From the NCBI GenBank assembly GCA_042219705.1, contig JBDGPL010000130.1:1-35672 (forward strand): a stretch of DNA of 35,672 bases, read 5' to 3'. The position numbers and the translations under genes were made by a program. Position 1 is the stretch's first letter; every line of letters begins with the position of its first letter. The notes under the pieces are model-generated. The model did no database searches. It was given only the letters and a program-made list of their open reading frames with translations, and was not told the origin of the DNA. Below are positions 23,742 to 32,798 of the stretch, piece after piece. This stretch comes from Halobacteriales archaeon (lineage in GTDB: Archaea > Halobacteriota > Halobacteria > Halobacteriales > Hikarchaeaceae).

Positions 23742-24150
23742 GGCGGTCGACCACGCCGGCGCCAGCCGTCCACGCCCGGCATCCTCCTCGCCGACGGACG
23801 ACCTTCTCGATTCCGCCCGGTCGCCGACCACGGGCATTCCACGACACGCTGGTGGCCCTTCTGGAGACGGACCGTCGGCCGGTCGTCTACGCTGTCCGCG
23901 ACGTCGCCGGGGAACCGGGAGGAACCGGACGCCCGCGCGGCCGCCGGTTCTACGCCGCGATCTGCCGGCCGCGTGCGTTCGACGGCGGGAACCGCTTTGG
24001 ACCGGCACGGACGCCGACGGTCGACGGTCGGGGTCCGCACCCGTAGATTGACCGTTCTCGGGCGACTTGAACCGATACGATGTCGAACCAAACGGTCGGG
24101 TCGGGACTCGTTCGGCCCGTGGTGGCGATCACGGGGGCGGGCGAGGACCG

Positions 24151-24561
24151 ATGAACTCGGTCGTGCTGTACGGGCTGTTGACGATGCTCGCGTGGGGGTT
24201 CTGGATCGTGCTCGGCGACGTCGCCTCGAACACGATCGACCCCGCGATGGCCGCGTTCGTCTCCTACGTGACGGCCACCGTCGTCGTGGGCGCCTACGTC
24301 GTCGTCTCAGACGCGTCGCTCGCCGTTACGAATCGTGGCGTGCTGTTCGCCGGGGTCGCCGGCGTCGCGGCCGCCACCGGCGTGGTGTCGACGTACATCG
24401 GGACCACCGTCGGGTCGACGGCGATCGTCGCCACCCTCGGCGGGATGTACTTCGTCACCGCAGCGGTCATCAGCATCGTCGCCCTCGGCGAGCCGCTGTC
24501 GACCACCAAGGTCGTCGGCATCGGGCTGGCGCTGGCCGCTATCGTCGTCATCAATCAGTAG
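24151..24561 (+). CDS. Small DMT-superfamily (single EamA domain) membrane transporter
   Basis: ATG at 24151: MNSVVLYGLLTMLAWGFWIVLGD.., with 4-5 TM helices ending IVALGEPLSTTKVVGIGLALAAIVVINQ (EamA C-terminal pattern). The upstream 28 codons of the ORF are non-hydrophobic. Confidence 0.75.
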   Translation: MNSVVLYGLLTMLAWGFWIVLGDVASNTIDPAMAAFVSYVTATVVVGAYVVVSDASLAVTNRGVLFAGVAGVAAATGVVSTYIGTTVGSTAIVATLGGMYFVTAAVISIVALGEPLSTTKVVGIGLALAAIVVINQ

Positions 24562-24803
24562 CCGTCCTCGGCCCTCGGACGGCAGGCGAGGCAGGACCGT
24601 CGCGTCGGCCCCGGGTGGCCTCCGGGTGGACCCGTTCGGAGTGGTGGTGTCCGTGCGATCCCATCCGTTCCATGCCGACGACTTCGCGACCGTCGAGCCG
24701 GCGGCGAGCGGCGGTCGTTTCGACACGACTCGGGCCGGTGTCAGCCGACAGCCAGCGCGGGCTCGCGGCCGCCGGGACCCGGCGCCGGCGCGGTCGCAGT
24801 GGG

Positions 24804-27401
24804 CTACGACTCGCCGTCCAGGCGCCGCTGCCACGCCTCGACCTGCGTCATGAGCTCAGCGGGCGTCACGGTCGCCAGGTCGACCTCCCGGAGGGCGTCC
24901 AGCACGGCCTCGGTGTCAGCGTCCAGCCGCTCGTCATCCCCGTTCCCGTCGGCCGCCTGCAGCTCCCCCGACGACAGGTCGAAGACCACCTGCCGGGTGT
25001 CCGCGGCCCCGCCTCTGGCCTCGACGGCCTGCTCGCGGCGCAGCCGGTCGAGTACCTCGCGGGCCCGCTCGACGACCGGGGCCGGCACGCCGGCCAGCTC
25101 GGCGACGTGGATGCCGTAGGAGCGGTCGGTGGCGCCCTCCCGGACCGTCCGGAGGAACGTCACGTCGCCGTCGCGTTCGGTGGCCGCCACGTGGACGTTC
25201 GCCACGCGGTCGAGGTGGTCGGCGAGGCCGGTGAGCTCGTGGTAGTGGGTCGCGAACATCGTGAGCGCACGCACCTCGTTGTGGAGGTACTCGGTCGCGG
25301 CCCAGGCGATGGAGATGCCGTCGTAGGTCGCCGTGCCCCGGCCGACCTCGTCGAGGACGACCAGCGAGTCCTCCGTGGCCGCGTGGAGGATGTTCGAGAG
25401 CTCCTGCATCTCGACCATGAACGTCGAGCGACCCTCGGCGAGCTCGTCGAGCGCGCCGACGCGGGTGAAGATGCCGTCGACCAGGCCGATGCGGGCGGCG
25501 TCGGCCGGCACGAACGAGCCGATCTGGGCCAGCAGCACGACCAGCGCCGCCTGCCGGAGGTAGGTCGACTTGCCGCTCATGTTCGGGCCCGTGACGACGA
25601 GGAACCGCCGCTCCCCGCCGAGGTCGAGGTCGTTGGGCACGAACTCCGTCGTCTGCTCGACGACGGGATGGCGGCCCGCCTCGATGGCGACGCCATCGCC
25701 CCCGAGCTCCGGCCGGGTCCAGCCGTTGGCGGCGGCGTGCTCGGCCAACGCGGCCCGGACGTCCAGCCCCGACAGCGACCGGCCGACGGCCTGCAGCAGG
25801 CCGGCGGCGTCGGCGACCCGCTCGCGCAGGGCCTCGAACAGCTCGCGCTCGAGCGCCTCGCGGCGGGCCTCGAGCCGGAGGATCTCCCGCTCGCGCGACT
25901 CGAGCGCGTCGGTGGTGAACCGCTTGGCGTTCTTGAGCGTCTTGATCTCGCGGTAGGCCTCGGGCACCGCGTCGGCCTCGGACTTGCCGACCTGGAGGTA
26001 GTAGCCGTCGGTGCGGTTGCGGTCGACGGAGAGGTGGCCCAGGCCGTGGCGCTCGCGCTCGCGCGCCGCCAGCGAGTCCACCCACTCGCGGGCGTCCTCG
26101 AGCCGGTCGACGACGTCGTCGAGCTCGTCGTCGTAGCCCCGCCGGAACCGGTGGTCCGACTCGGGGTCGTCGGCCAGCGCGTCCTCGAGGCGCTCCCGGA
26201 GGTCGGCGGCCCGGTCCCGGTCGACGTCGTCGAACGTCGCCGCCAGCGGCGAGTCGGCGAGCGTAGGGTCGTCGGCGAGTCGGTCCGCCAGCTCCGGCAC
26301 CAGCCCGAGCGTGTCCCGCACCGCGAGCAGCGCCCGCGCGTCGGCGCTCCCGTGGACGGCCCGGCTGGCCAGCCGCTCCAGGTCGGCCGCGCCCTCGAGG
26401 GTCTCGCGGACGGCCTCCCGGGACAGCGGCGCCTCGACGAGGGCGGCGATCCCGTTCTGGCGGCGCTCGAGGCGGTCGGCGTCCCGTCGGGGCCGCTTGA
26501 CCCAGGCGGCGAGCCGCCGCGAGCCGGCGCTCGTGACCGTGTGGTCGATGACGTCGAGCAGGGTGGCGCCCTCCCCGCGGCCCATCGGCTCCGCGAGCTC
26601 GAGGTTGCGCTGGGTGGTCGCGTCGAGGACCACGTGGTCGTCAGCGCGGTGAGGCGTGAGCCGGGTCATGGACCGCTGCACGCCGAGGCCGGTCTCGGCC
26701 ACGTAGTCCAGGACGGCCCCCGCGGCGCGGACCGCGGCGTCGTCGAGGCCGAGGCTGTCGGCCGCGCCCTCGCCGAACTGCTCGGCGACCGCGTGGCTGG
26801 TCCGGCCGGGGGCGAAGGCATCGGCGTCGTGCTCGGTCACCCGCCGCTCGCCGTCCCCGCCCAGCCGGTCGAGCAGGGTGGCGTCGTCCCGCACCGTCGG
26901 CCCCGGCAGGACCTCGACGGGGTCGAACCGGTAGACCTCCGAATGGACGTCCTCGGGGGTGTCGACGGTCGTGACGTGGAACCGGCCCGTCGTGACGTCG
27001 GCGAACGCGATGCCGTAGCGCCCCGCGTGCTTCACGACGGCCGCCAGATAGCGCGCCTCGGCGCCGTCGGGCTCGAGCAGCGTGCCGGGCGTGACGACCC
27101 GGGCGAGCTCGCGGACGTGGCCGTCGTCCGTCTCGTGCTGGTCGGCGACGGCGACCCGGTAGCCCCGCTCGACCAGCGCCTTGAGGTAGGGGGTCAGCTC
27201 CGCGACGGGCACGCCGGCCATCGGATAGCGCTCGCCCCCGGAGCGCTTCTCGGTGAGCTTCAGGTCGAGCTCCTCGGCGACGAGCTCGGCGTCTTCACAG
27301 AAGAACTCGTAGAAGTCGCCCAGCTGCATCGCGAGGACGTCCGCGTCGGCGTCGGCCCGCAGATCGAGGTATTCGCCCACGATGCCCGACGCCTCGGCCA
27401 T
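24804..27401 (-). CDS. mutS: DNA mismatch repair protein MutS
   Basis: 865 aa with the N-terminal mismatch-binding region (LAMQLGDFYEFF), Walker A (VVTGPNMSGKSTYLRQ), and STFMVEM / DEVGRGTATYDG motifs. Confidence 0.95.
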   Translation of the reverse strand: MAEASGIVGEYLDLRADADADVLAMQLGDFYEFFCEDAELVAEELDLKLTEKRSGGERYPMAGVPVAELTPYLKALVERGYRVAVADQHETDDGHVRELARVVTPGTLLEPDGAEARYLAAVVKHAGRYGIAFADVTTGRFHVTTVDTPEDVHSEVYRFDPVEVLPGPTVRDDATLLDRLGGDGERRVTEHDADAFAPGRTSHAVAEQFGEGAADSLGLDDAAVRAAGAVLDYVAETGLGVQRSMTRLTPHRADDHVVLDATTQRNLELAEPMGRGEGATLLDVIDHTVTSAGSRRLAAWVKRPRRDADRLERRQNGIAALVEAPLSREAVRETLEGAADLERLASRAVHGSADARALLAVRDTLGLVPELADRLADDPTLADSPLAATFDDVDRDRAADLRERLEDALADDPESDHRFRRGYDDELDDVVDRLEDAREWVDSLAARERERHGLGHLSVDRNRTDGYYLQVGKSEADAVPEAYREIKTLKNAKRFTTDALESREREILRLEARREALERELFEALRERVADAAGLLQAVGRSLSGLDVRAALAEHAAANGWTRPELGGDGVAIEAGRHPVVEQTTEFVPNDLDLGGERRFLVVTGPNMSGKSTYLRQAALVVLLAQIGSFVPADAARIGLVDGIFTRVGALDELAEGRSTFMVEMQELSNILHAATEDSLVVLDEVGRGTATYDGISIAWAATEYLHNEVRALTMFATHYHELTGLADHLDRVANVHVAATERDGDVTFLRTVREGATDRSYGIHVAELAGVPAPVVERAREVLDRLRREQAVEARGGAADTRQVVFDLSSGELQAADGNGDDERLDADTEAVLDALREVDLATVTPAELMTQVEAWQRRLDGES

Positions 27402-27424
27402 GCCCGGGAGGCCGCGCGCCGGCG

Positions 27425-27430
27425 AATAAA
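27425..27430 (-). promoter_or_regulatory. Candidate TATA box (TTTATT on the minus strand) for mutS
   Basis: AATAAA on the plus strand lies 24-29 nt upstream of the mutS ATG at 27401, which fits a leaderless mRNA. Confidence 0.45.
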
Positions 27431-27467
27431 GCCTGGCGGGTCGCCCGCCGGGTCGAAGGGTCCGGTT

Positions 27468-28433
27468 TCAGGCCGCGAGGACGTCCTCGATGGCGGCGGC
27501 GATGCGTGGCGGGTTGGGCAGGTAGTAGTCCTCCATCGCGAGCAGGGGCACGGGGACGTCGAAGCCGGTGACGCGTTCGACGGGCGCCTCGAGGTAGTAG
27601 AGGGCCTCGTCGTTGATGGCGGCCACGAGTTCCGCCCCCCAGCCGCCGGTGCGGTGGGCCTCGTGGACGACGACGGCGCGGCCGGTCTTCTTGACGGACT
27701 CGACGACGGTCTCGGCGTCCATCGGGGAGATGGTCCGCAGGTCGACGAGCTCGGCGTCGACGCCGAGCCCGTCGATGGCGTCGGCGGCCGGCTCGACCAT
27801 GGCGCCCCAGGCGACGACGGTGACGTCGGTGCCCTCCCGGCGGACCGCCGCCTCGCCGATCGGCACGGTATAGTCGTCCTCCGGGACCTCCTCGCGGAAC
27901 GACCGGTAGATGTGCTTGGGCTCCATGAACAGCACGGGATCGGGGTCCCGGATGGCGGCGAGCAGGAGCCCTTTGGTGTCGTAGGGGTCGCTGGGCACCA
28001 CGACCTTCAGGCCGGGGATGTGGGCGTAGGCGCCCTCGAGGCTCTCCTCGTGGTGCTCGAGGGCGCGCACGCCGGCGCCGTAGGGGGTGCGGACGACCAG
28101 CGGGGCGGACCAGGCGCCGCGGGTGCGCCACCGGATGCGGCTGGCGTGGGTGACGAGCTGGTCGAAGGCCGGCGGCAGGAACCCGGAGAACTGGATCTCG
28201 GCGACGGGGCGCAGCCCGTAGACGGCGAGGCCGACGGCGGAGCCGACGATGGCGATCTCCGAGAGGGGGGTGTCGACGACGCGGTCGGCGCCGAACGCCT
28301 CCTTGAGGCCCTCGGTGGCGCGGAAGACGCCGCCGCTCTCGGCGACGTCCTCGCCGAAGACGACGACGCGGTCGTCGCGGTCCATCTCGCCGTGGAGGGC
28401 GTCGTTGATGGCGTCGATGATGGTGGCCTGCAT
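27468..28433 (-). CDS. 2-oxoacid (pyruvate/branched-chain) dehydrogenase E1 component beta subunit
   Basis: 321 aa: VVFGEDV..GGVFRAT.GL...FG..RV.DTPLSE and FMEPK motifs, with a transketolase-like Pyr domain and C-terminal domain. Confidence 0.9.
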   Translation of the reverse strand: MQATIIDAINDALHGEMDRDDRVVVFGEDVAESGGVFRATEGLKEAFGADRVVDTPLSEIAIVGSAVGLAVYGLRPVAEIQFSGFLPPAFDQLVTHASRIRWRTRGAWSAPLVVRTPYGAGVRALEHHEESLEGAYAHIPGLKVVVPSDPYDTKGLLLAAIRDPDPVLFMEPKHIYRSFREEVPEDDYTVPIGEAAVRREGTDVTVVAWGAMVEPAADAIDGLGVDAELVDLRTISPMDAETVVESVKKTGRAVVVHEAHRTGGWGAELVAAINDEALYYLEAPVERVTGFDVPVPLLAMEDYYLPNPPRIAAAIEDVLAA

Positions 28434-28437
28434 GGAG

Positions 28438-29589
28438 TCACCCCTTGGGGCGCTGCTCGACGTGCTCGGCGATGGCCGGCCGCTCGTCCAGCAGCGCCTC
28501 GAGCTCGTCGCGCTGGCGTTCGAGGGCGGGCGGGAGCTCGGCGTAGAGGTGCGTAAAGAGCTCGTCGACGTCCCGCTCGGGGACGTCGTCGGCGGCCGCC
28601 ACCGCCTCGTCGATCCGGGCGTCGATCTCCTCGTCGACGGCGTCGGGGTCGACGCGGTCGCCGAGCCCCTCGGCCTCGAGGAAGGCCTCGTACCGGTCGA
28701 TGGGGTCGCGGTCGCGCCAGGGCTCGACGTCGTCCTCGTCGCGGTAGCGGGAGGGGTCGTCGCTGGTCGTGTGGGCGTCCCGCCGGTAGGTCAGCGACTC
28801 GACGAAGACCGGCTTGCCCTGCCGGGCGCGCTCCCGGGCGGCCCGCATGGCCGCGTAGACCGCGAGGACGTCGTTGCCGTCGACGCGGACGCCCTCGATG
28901 CCGTAGCCGACGGCGCGCTGGGCCAGCGTCTCGGCGTTGGTCTGCTTCTCGAAGGGCGTCGAGATGGCCCACTGGTTGTTCTGACAGAAGAACACCGCCG
29001 GCACGTCCAGCACGCCGGCCATGTTGACGGCCTCGTGGACGGCCCCCGTGGAGGTGGCGCCGTCGCCGAAGTAGGCCGCCACCACGGCGTCGTCGTCGGT
29101 GAGGTCCATCCCCCAGGCGACGCCGGTGGTCATCGGGAGGTGGCTGCCGATGGCGATGGCCATCATGCACCGGTTTTCGGCCAGCCGCCTGGCGGCGTCC
29201 TCGATGCCCCGCCAATACAGGACGAAGTCCTCGATGGACGCCCCCTGGATGAGGTGGGCGACGGTCTCCCGACCCATCCCGAGCAGCCAGTCGTCGTCCC
29301 CGAGGGCGTAGCCGCTGCCGGCGATGCTCGCCTCCTGGCCCCGGCCGGAGGCGACCGTGCCCAGCTGCCCCCGGCGCTGGAGGCTGACGAACCGCTCGGC
29401 CAGCCGCCGCTCGGTGCGCATCCACCGGTAGAGCTCGAGCAGCGCGTCGTCGTCGAGGTCGGGCACCGCCGCCGGGTCGTACGACCCGTCGGGCGCCACC
29501 ACCTGGTAGGTGTCGACGGGGAGGTCGTCCTGGGAGAGCCAGGGGACTCCCCCGGCGGACCGGTCGTTGGCCATGTCTCGCGGTGTCAC
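28438..29589 (-). CDS. 2-oxoacid dehydrogenase E1 component alpha subunit (TPP-dependent)
   Basis: TPP-binding GDGATSTGAVHEAVNMAGV...FFCQNNQWAIS motif. GTG start at 29589, with an alternative ATG at 29574. It ends 4 nt upstream of the beta subunit start. Confidence 0.9.
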   Translation of the reverse strand: MTPRDMANDRSAGGVPWLSQDDLPVDTYQVVAPDGSYDPAAVPDLDDDALLELYRWMRTERRLAERFVSLQRRGQLGTVASGRGQEASIAGSGYALGDDDWLLGMGRETVAHLIQGASIEDFVLYWRGIEDAARRLAENRCMMAIAIGSHLPMTTGVAWGMDLTDDDAVVAAYFGDGATSTGAVHEAVNMAGVLDVPAVFFCQNNQWAISTPFEKQTNAETLAQRAVGYGIEGVRVDGNDVLAVYAAMRAARERARQGKPVFVESLTYRRDAHTTSDDPSRYRDEDDVEPWRDRDPIDRYEAFLEAEGLGDRVDPDAVDEEIDARIDEAVAAADDVPERDVDELFTHLYAELPPALERQRDELEALLDERPAIAEHVEQRPKG

Positions 29590-29615
29590 CTATCCGGTGG
29601 CCTCACCGGGCCGGC

Positions 29616-29621
29616 TAATAA
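29616..29621 (-). promoter_or_regulatory. Candidate TATA box (TTATTA on the minus strand) for the E1 alpha/beta operon
   Basis: TAATAA on the plus strand lies 27 nt upstream of the GTG at 29589. Confidence 0.4.
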
Positions 29622-29685
29622 GCCCGTGGTGTCGACCGGGCCCGAGCGCGGCCCCATCCGCGATCGGCAGTCCACCGCCGTCGGC

Positions 29686-31239
29686 CTACCGCCAGTCCGC
29701 GAACGTGCCCTCGATGAGCGTCCCGGCCTGGCGGGCGACGTAGGTCCGCTGCATGCCGGTGATGGCGGCTTCGAGGTCCGCCCCGTCGTCGATCCGCTCG
29801 CGGACCCGGTCGCGCTTCCAGTCGGCCGGGGTCAGCCGGTCCGTGACCCGCTGGCGGAGCGGCCCGAGGTAGCGCTCCGACTCGGCGGCGTCGAGCCCCC
29901 GCCGGGCGAGGCCGCGCCGCGCGGTCTCGAGGAGGTCCTTGTAGAGCTCGTCGGTGTCCGTCGTCCGGTCCCCGTCCGCGGTCACCCACTCGAGGTCGGC
30001 CCCGAGGCCGTCCTCGGCGGCGGCGTAGAGGTTGGCCTCGGCCGTCTCCCAGGCGAGCTCCCGGAGCGGGTGGTCCGACGCGTAGCACTCCTCGAGCAGG
30101 CCGGCGTAGACGGCGAGGAAGGCGAGGCTGTCGCGCACCGTCGGCTGGGCCGGGAGCGGTCGGAACTCGATCCGGGCGTGGGCCGTCGACCGGGACTCGC
30201 CCTCGAACACCGGCCGGACCCACCGCCAGAAGGAGCCGTGTTTGTGGGCGAAGTGGCGGAACGCGTCGTCGAATCGGCCTTGCTCCTCGAGCCACTGGGG
30301 AACGATGGTCTCGTCGGCGGCGATGAGGTCGACGGCGGCCTCGACCGAGTCGACGTCGGGCGGCAGGCAGACTTTCTCGGCCCGTGCGTCGGGGTTCATC
30401 GTCTGCTCGAAGACGGCCAGCCGGTTCTCGAGCCTGGCGTCGGCGAGCACGGTCGCGGCGTCCACGCCGTCGTCGTAGAGGTCCGGAGGGAAGAAGGGCG
30501 AGTTGACACCGAGGGCCAGCACCGGGCCGGCGACCCGGAGGGCGTACCGGAAGTACTCGGGAAGGTCCGGCGCGTGGGGGACCTGATAGTGGGGCTGGAT
30601 GGACGTGATGAGGCTCTCGGGCATCACGGTGTCGGCCGACAGGGAGACGTGGGGGGCATCGATCTCGAGGCCGACGCCGAGATCCGAGTTGGCCATCGCG
30701 TGGTACCGCACCGACTCGGACATGTTCGGCGCGAGGTGGACTCCGTCGACCTCGACGCTCTCGGTGAGGTAGTCCCGGGCCCGTTCGCCGGTCGGCGGGA
30801 CGGTCCACAGCCCGTCGGAGACGAGCCGGATGCCCTCGGGCCGGGTCTTGTCGAGCGCGGCGGACAGCCTGGCCTGGACCTCGGCCTCCTGGGCGGTGAG
30901 GCCGTACGCCGAGAGGGGCTGCGGGTTCGTGTTCATCTCGGCGTTGTGGAGGCCGAGCTCCTGCTCGAACCCGATGAGCTCGAGCAGCAGCCGGGGGACC
31001 CGGACCAGCGGAACGTTCGGCTCGGCGGCGGGGTCGACGTCCGCCGGCTCCGCGACGCCGTAGAACTCGTACTCGAAGCCGACGTTCGCCTGGGGGTTGT
31101 CGAACGCCCCGGCCCGCAGCCGCTCCTTCAGCTCCTCGGCCTCCCGTTGGACGCGAGTGTCGAACTCATCCCGGTCGACGTCGGTCGCGTCGGCCACCCG
31201 GCCGGCCAGGTCAGCAGTCATCGGCGGCCCGTTCGACAC
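29686..31239 (-). CDS. Glutamate-cysteine ligase family 2 (GCS2)-like carboxylate-amine ligase
   Basis: About 510 aa: GFEYEFY, ELGLHNAEMNTNP, SIQPHYQVP and ARIEFRPLPAQPT resemble the GCS2/YbdK-type ligase fold. GTG start at 31239 or ATG at 31221. It begins 9-27 nt after the stop of the upstream membrane-protein gene. Confidence 0.55.
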   Translation of the reverse strand: MSNGPPMTADLAGRVADATDVDRDEFDTRVQREAEELKERLRAGAFDNPQANVGFEYEFYGVAEPADVDPAAEPNVPLVRVPRLLLELIGFEQELGLHNAEMNTNPQPLSAYGLTAQEAEVQARLSAALDKTRPEGIRLVSDGLWTVPPTGERARDYLTESVEVDGVHLAPNMSESVRYHAMANSDLGVGLEIDAPHVSLSADTVMPESLITSIQPHYQVPHAPDLPEYFRYALRVAGPVLALGVNSPFFPPDLYDDGVDAATVLADARLENRLAVFEQTMNPDARAEKVCLPPDVDSVEAAVDLIAADETIVPQWLEEQGRFDDAFRHFAHKHGSFWRWVRPVFEGESRSTAHARIEFRPLPAQPTVRDSLAFLAVYAGLLEECYASDHPLRELAWETAEANLYAAAEDGLGADLEWVTADGDRTTDTDELYKDLLETARRGLARRGLDAAESERYLGPLRQRVTDRLTPADWKRDRVRERIDDGADLEAAITGMQRTYVARQAGTLIEGTFADWR

Positions 31240-31247
31240 CTGGGTGG

Positions 31248-32702
31248 TTAACTTGCGGGGCCACCCGTCCCGCCGATGACCCCGAATCGCAGGGCGAGTC
31301 CGGCGGCGACGGCCACGACGCCGAGGGCGACCACAACGCCGGACTGGACGAACACGGCGTCGGTCACCTGGCCAGCCAGCGCCAGCCCGAGGTCCGCCAC
31401 GGCCGGCGGGGCGTCACCGCTGAGCAGCACCGTCCGGAGCCGGGCGGGGAGCAGGGCGGCGCCGACGAGGCCGGGGAGGCCGCCGAGCACCAGTCCGACG
31501 CCGGCGCCGACGGCGGTGACGGCGACCGACCGGGAGGCGAGGTAGACCAGCCCGATGAGGAGGAGCGCGAGCAGCGGGAGCCCGATGGCGAGCCAGTCGA
31601 TGAGGACGACCGTCCGCCGGGCCTGCTCGAGGTTCTCCATCGCCGTCTGGTCGAGCTGCTCGTCGAGGTCGACCCGGTCGGGCGCCTGCTCGTCCAACCG
31701 GGTTTCGATCACGGTGGCGAGGCCCGCGGCGAGGTCGTCCGCCGCGGCCTGGAAGTCCGCCCGGTACGCCTCGTACGTGGTGTCGGCGAGGTAGCCGTCG
31801 ACCGCCACGAGCACGAGGTCGGCCATCGGCCGGGCGATTGCCGGGTCGGCGTCCCCAAGCGACTCGTTGAGCCGGTTCGCGACGTCGGTCCGGACCGATT
31901 CGCGCATGGCCGCCAACCGGTCGTCGACGGCGTCGGCGAGGCGGCCGTCGTCAGCGCTCTCGATTCGCTCGCGGATGGCCGCCCGGATCTCGGGCTCCCG
32001 CTCCTCGACCATCCTCGCCTTCTCGGCCTCGGTGTAGTCCGACGGGTCGTAGTCGTCGATGACCAGGGCGAGCCGCTCGTCATCCGTCGCGTTCCGGAAC
32101 GCCCGGTCGACGAGTCGGTCCAGGACCCGCTCGCGGATGTCGGCCCGGAACGCGGCGCGTTCGGACCGGAAGACGGAGGCGTTCTCGGCCATCCGGGCGG
32201 CCGTGACGAGGTCGATGGTGACGCCGTTCCGCTCGAGCGTCAGCTCCCGCCCGTCGCCCCCGACGACCCCGACGAGTTCGGTGGGCGACGCGTTCGCTAG
32301 CTCGGCCTCGACCGCGTCGGCGACGGCGCCCTTCACGGGCTCGAGGTCGACGGCGAGCTGCAGCTCGTCGGCGTTCCCGTGGAGGTAGGCGAGCGCCCGC
32401 TCGATGTTGGGTTCGACCTGGGACTCGAGGTAAGCGGGGTCGAGGGCGGCGCCGGCGACCGCATCGGGGTCGACCGGAAGCGGCGGGGACCCGCCGTCGG
32501 TCGACCCGAGCTCGCCCAGGGGGAACGACTCGACGACGAGCGGTTCCGCCTGGCTGTAGGCGTTCTCCTCCTCGAGCGTCGTGGTGACGAACCCGGGATT
32601 CAGGACGGTCCGGTCGGCGGCGACGAGGGCGTTCGCGGCGGCGAGGTCGACCGCCAGCAGGGCGACCAGCAGGACGATTGCGGCGGACCGGACGACACCC
32701 AT
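31248..32702 (-). CDS. Large membrane protein (N-terminal TM, about 330-aa acidic extracytoplasmic helical region, C-terminal multi-TM bundle), function unknown
   Basis: 484 aa with an N-terminal anchor (AAIVLLVALLAVDLAAA) and C-terminal hydrophobic helices (LIDWLAIGLPLLALLLIGLVYL, VGAGVGLVLGGLPGLVGAALL, VVALGVVAVAAGLAL). Confidence 0.65.
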   Translation of the reverse strand: MGVVRSAAIVLLVALLAVDLAAANALVAADRTVLNPGFVTTTLEEENAYSQAEPLVVESFPLGELGSTDGGSPPLPVDPDAVAGAALDPAYLESQVEPNIERALAYLHGNADELQLAVDLEPVKGAVADAVEAELANASPTELVGVVGGDGRELTLERNGVTIDLVTAARMAENASVFRSERAAFRADIRERVLDRLVDRAFRNATDDERLALVIDDYDPSDYTEAEKARMVEEREPEIRAAIRERIESADDGRLADAVDDRLAAMRESVRTDVANRLNESLGDADPAIARPMADLVLVAVDGYLADTTYEAYRADFQAAADDLAAGLATVIETRLDEQAPDRVDLDEQLDQTAMENLEQARRTVVLIDWLAIGLPLLALLLIGLVYLASRSVAVTAVGAGVGLVLGGLPGLVGAALLPARLRTVLLSGDAPPAVADLGLALAGQVTDAVFVQSGVVVALGVVAVAAGLALRFGVIGGTGGPAS

Positions 32703-32798
32703 ACCCGCGGTTCAGACTTCCAGGGGTCCTATCACCTTCGGTGTCGGGTCCGGCCGGTCACCGCCGGCGGCCGTCCGTGGGAAGCGGCACTTCCGCCG

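Noticed and set aside
23852-24046. A 64-aa plus-strand ORF (GTG start) inside the long phoU-EamA intergenic region.
   Set aside because: It is basic and Arg/Gly/Pro-rich, has no motifs and has a weak start context. The region is better explained as non-coding with repeated GGAACCGG elements.
24551-24673. A 40-aa minus-strand ORF with a His-rich start (MERMGSHGHHHSERVH...) in the convergent EamA/mutS spacer.
   Set aside because: It is very short, overlaps the 3' end of the EamA-type gene, has an Arg-rich tail and lacks an upstream promoter-like element. Support is insufficient.
23973-28556. A giant 1527-aa plus-strand ORF, and similarly the 1000-aa ORF at 28249..31251.
   Set aside because: They are antisense to the clearly recognisable mutS, E1 beta, E1 alpha and GCS2-like genes. 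Their translations are Arg/Gly/Pro/Asp-rich low-information sequence with no motifs. This is the classic stop-codon-poor shadow ORF of high-GC DNA.
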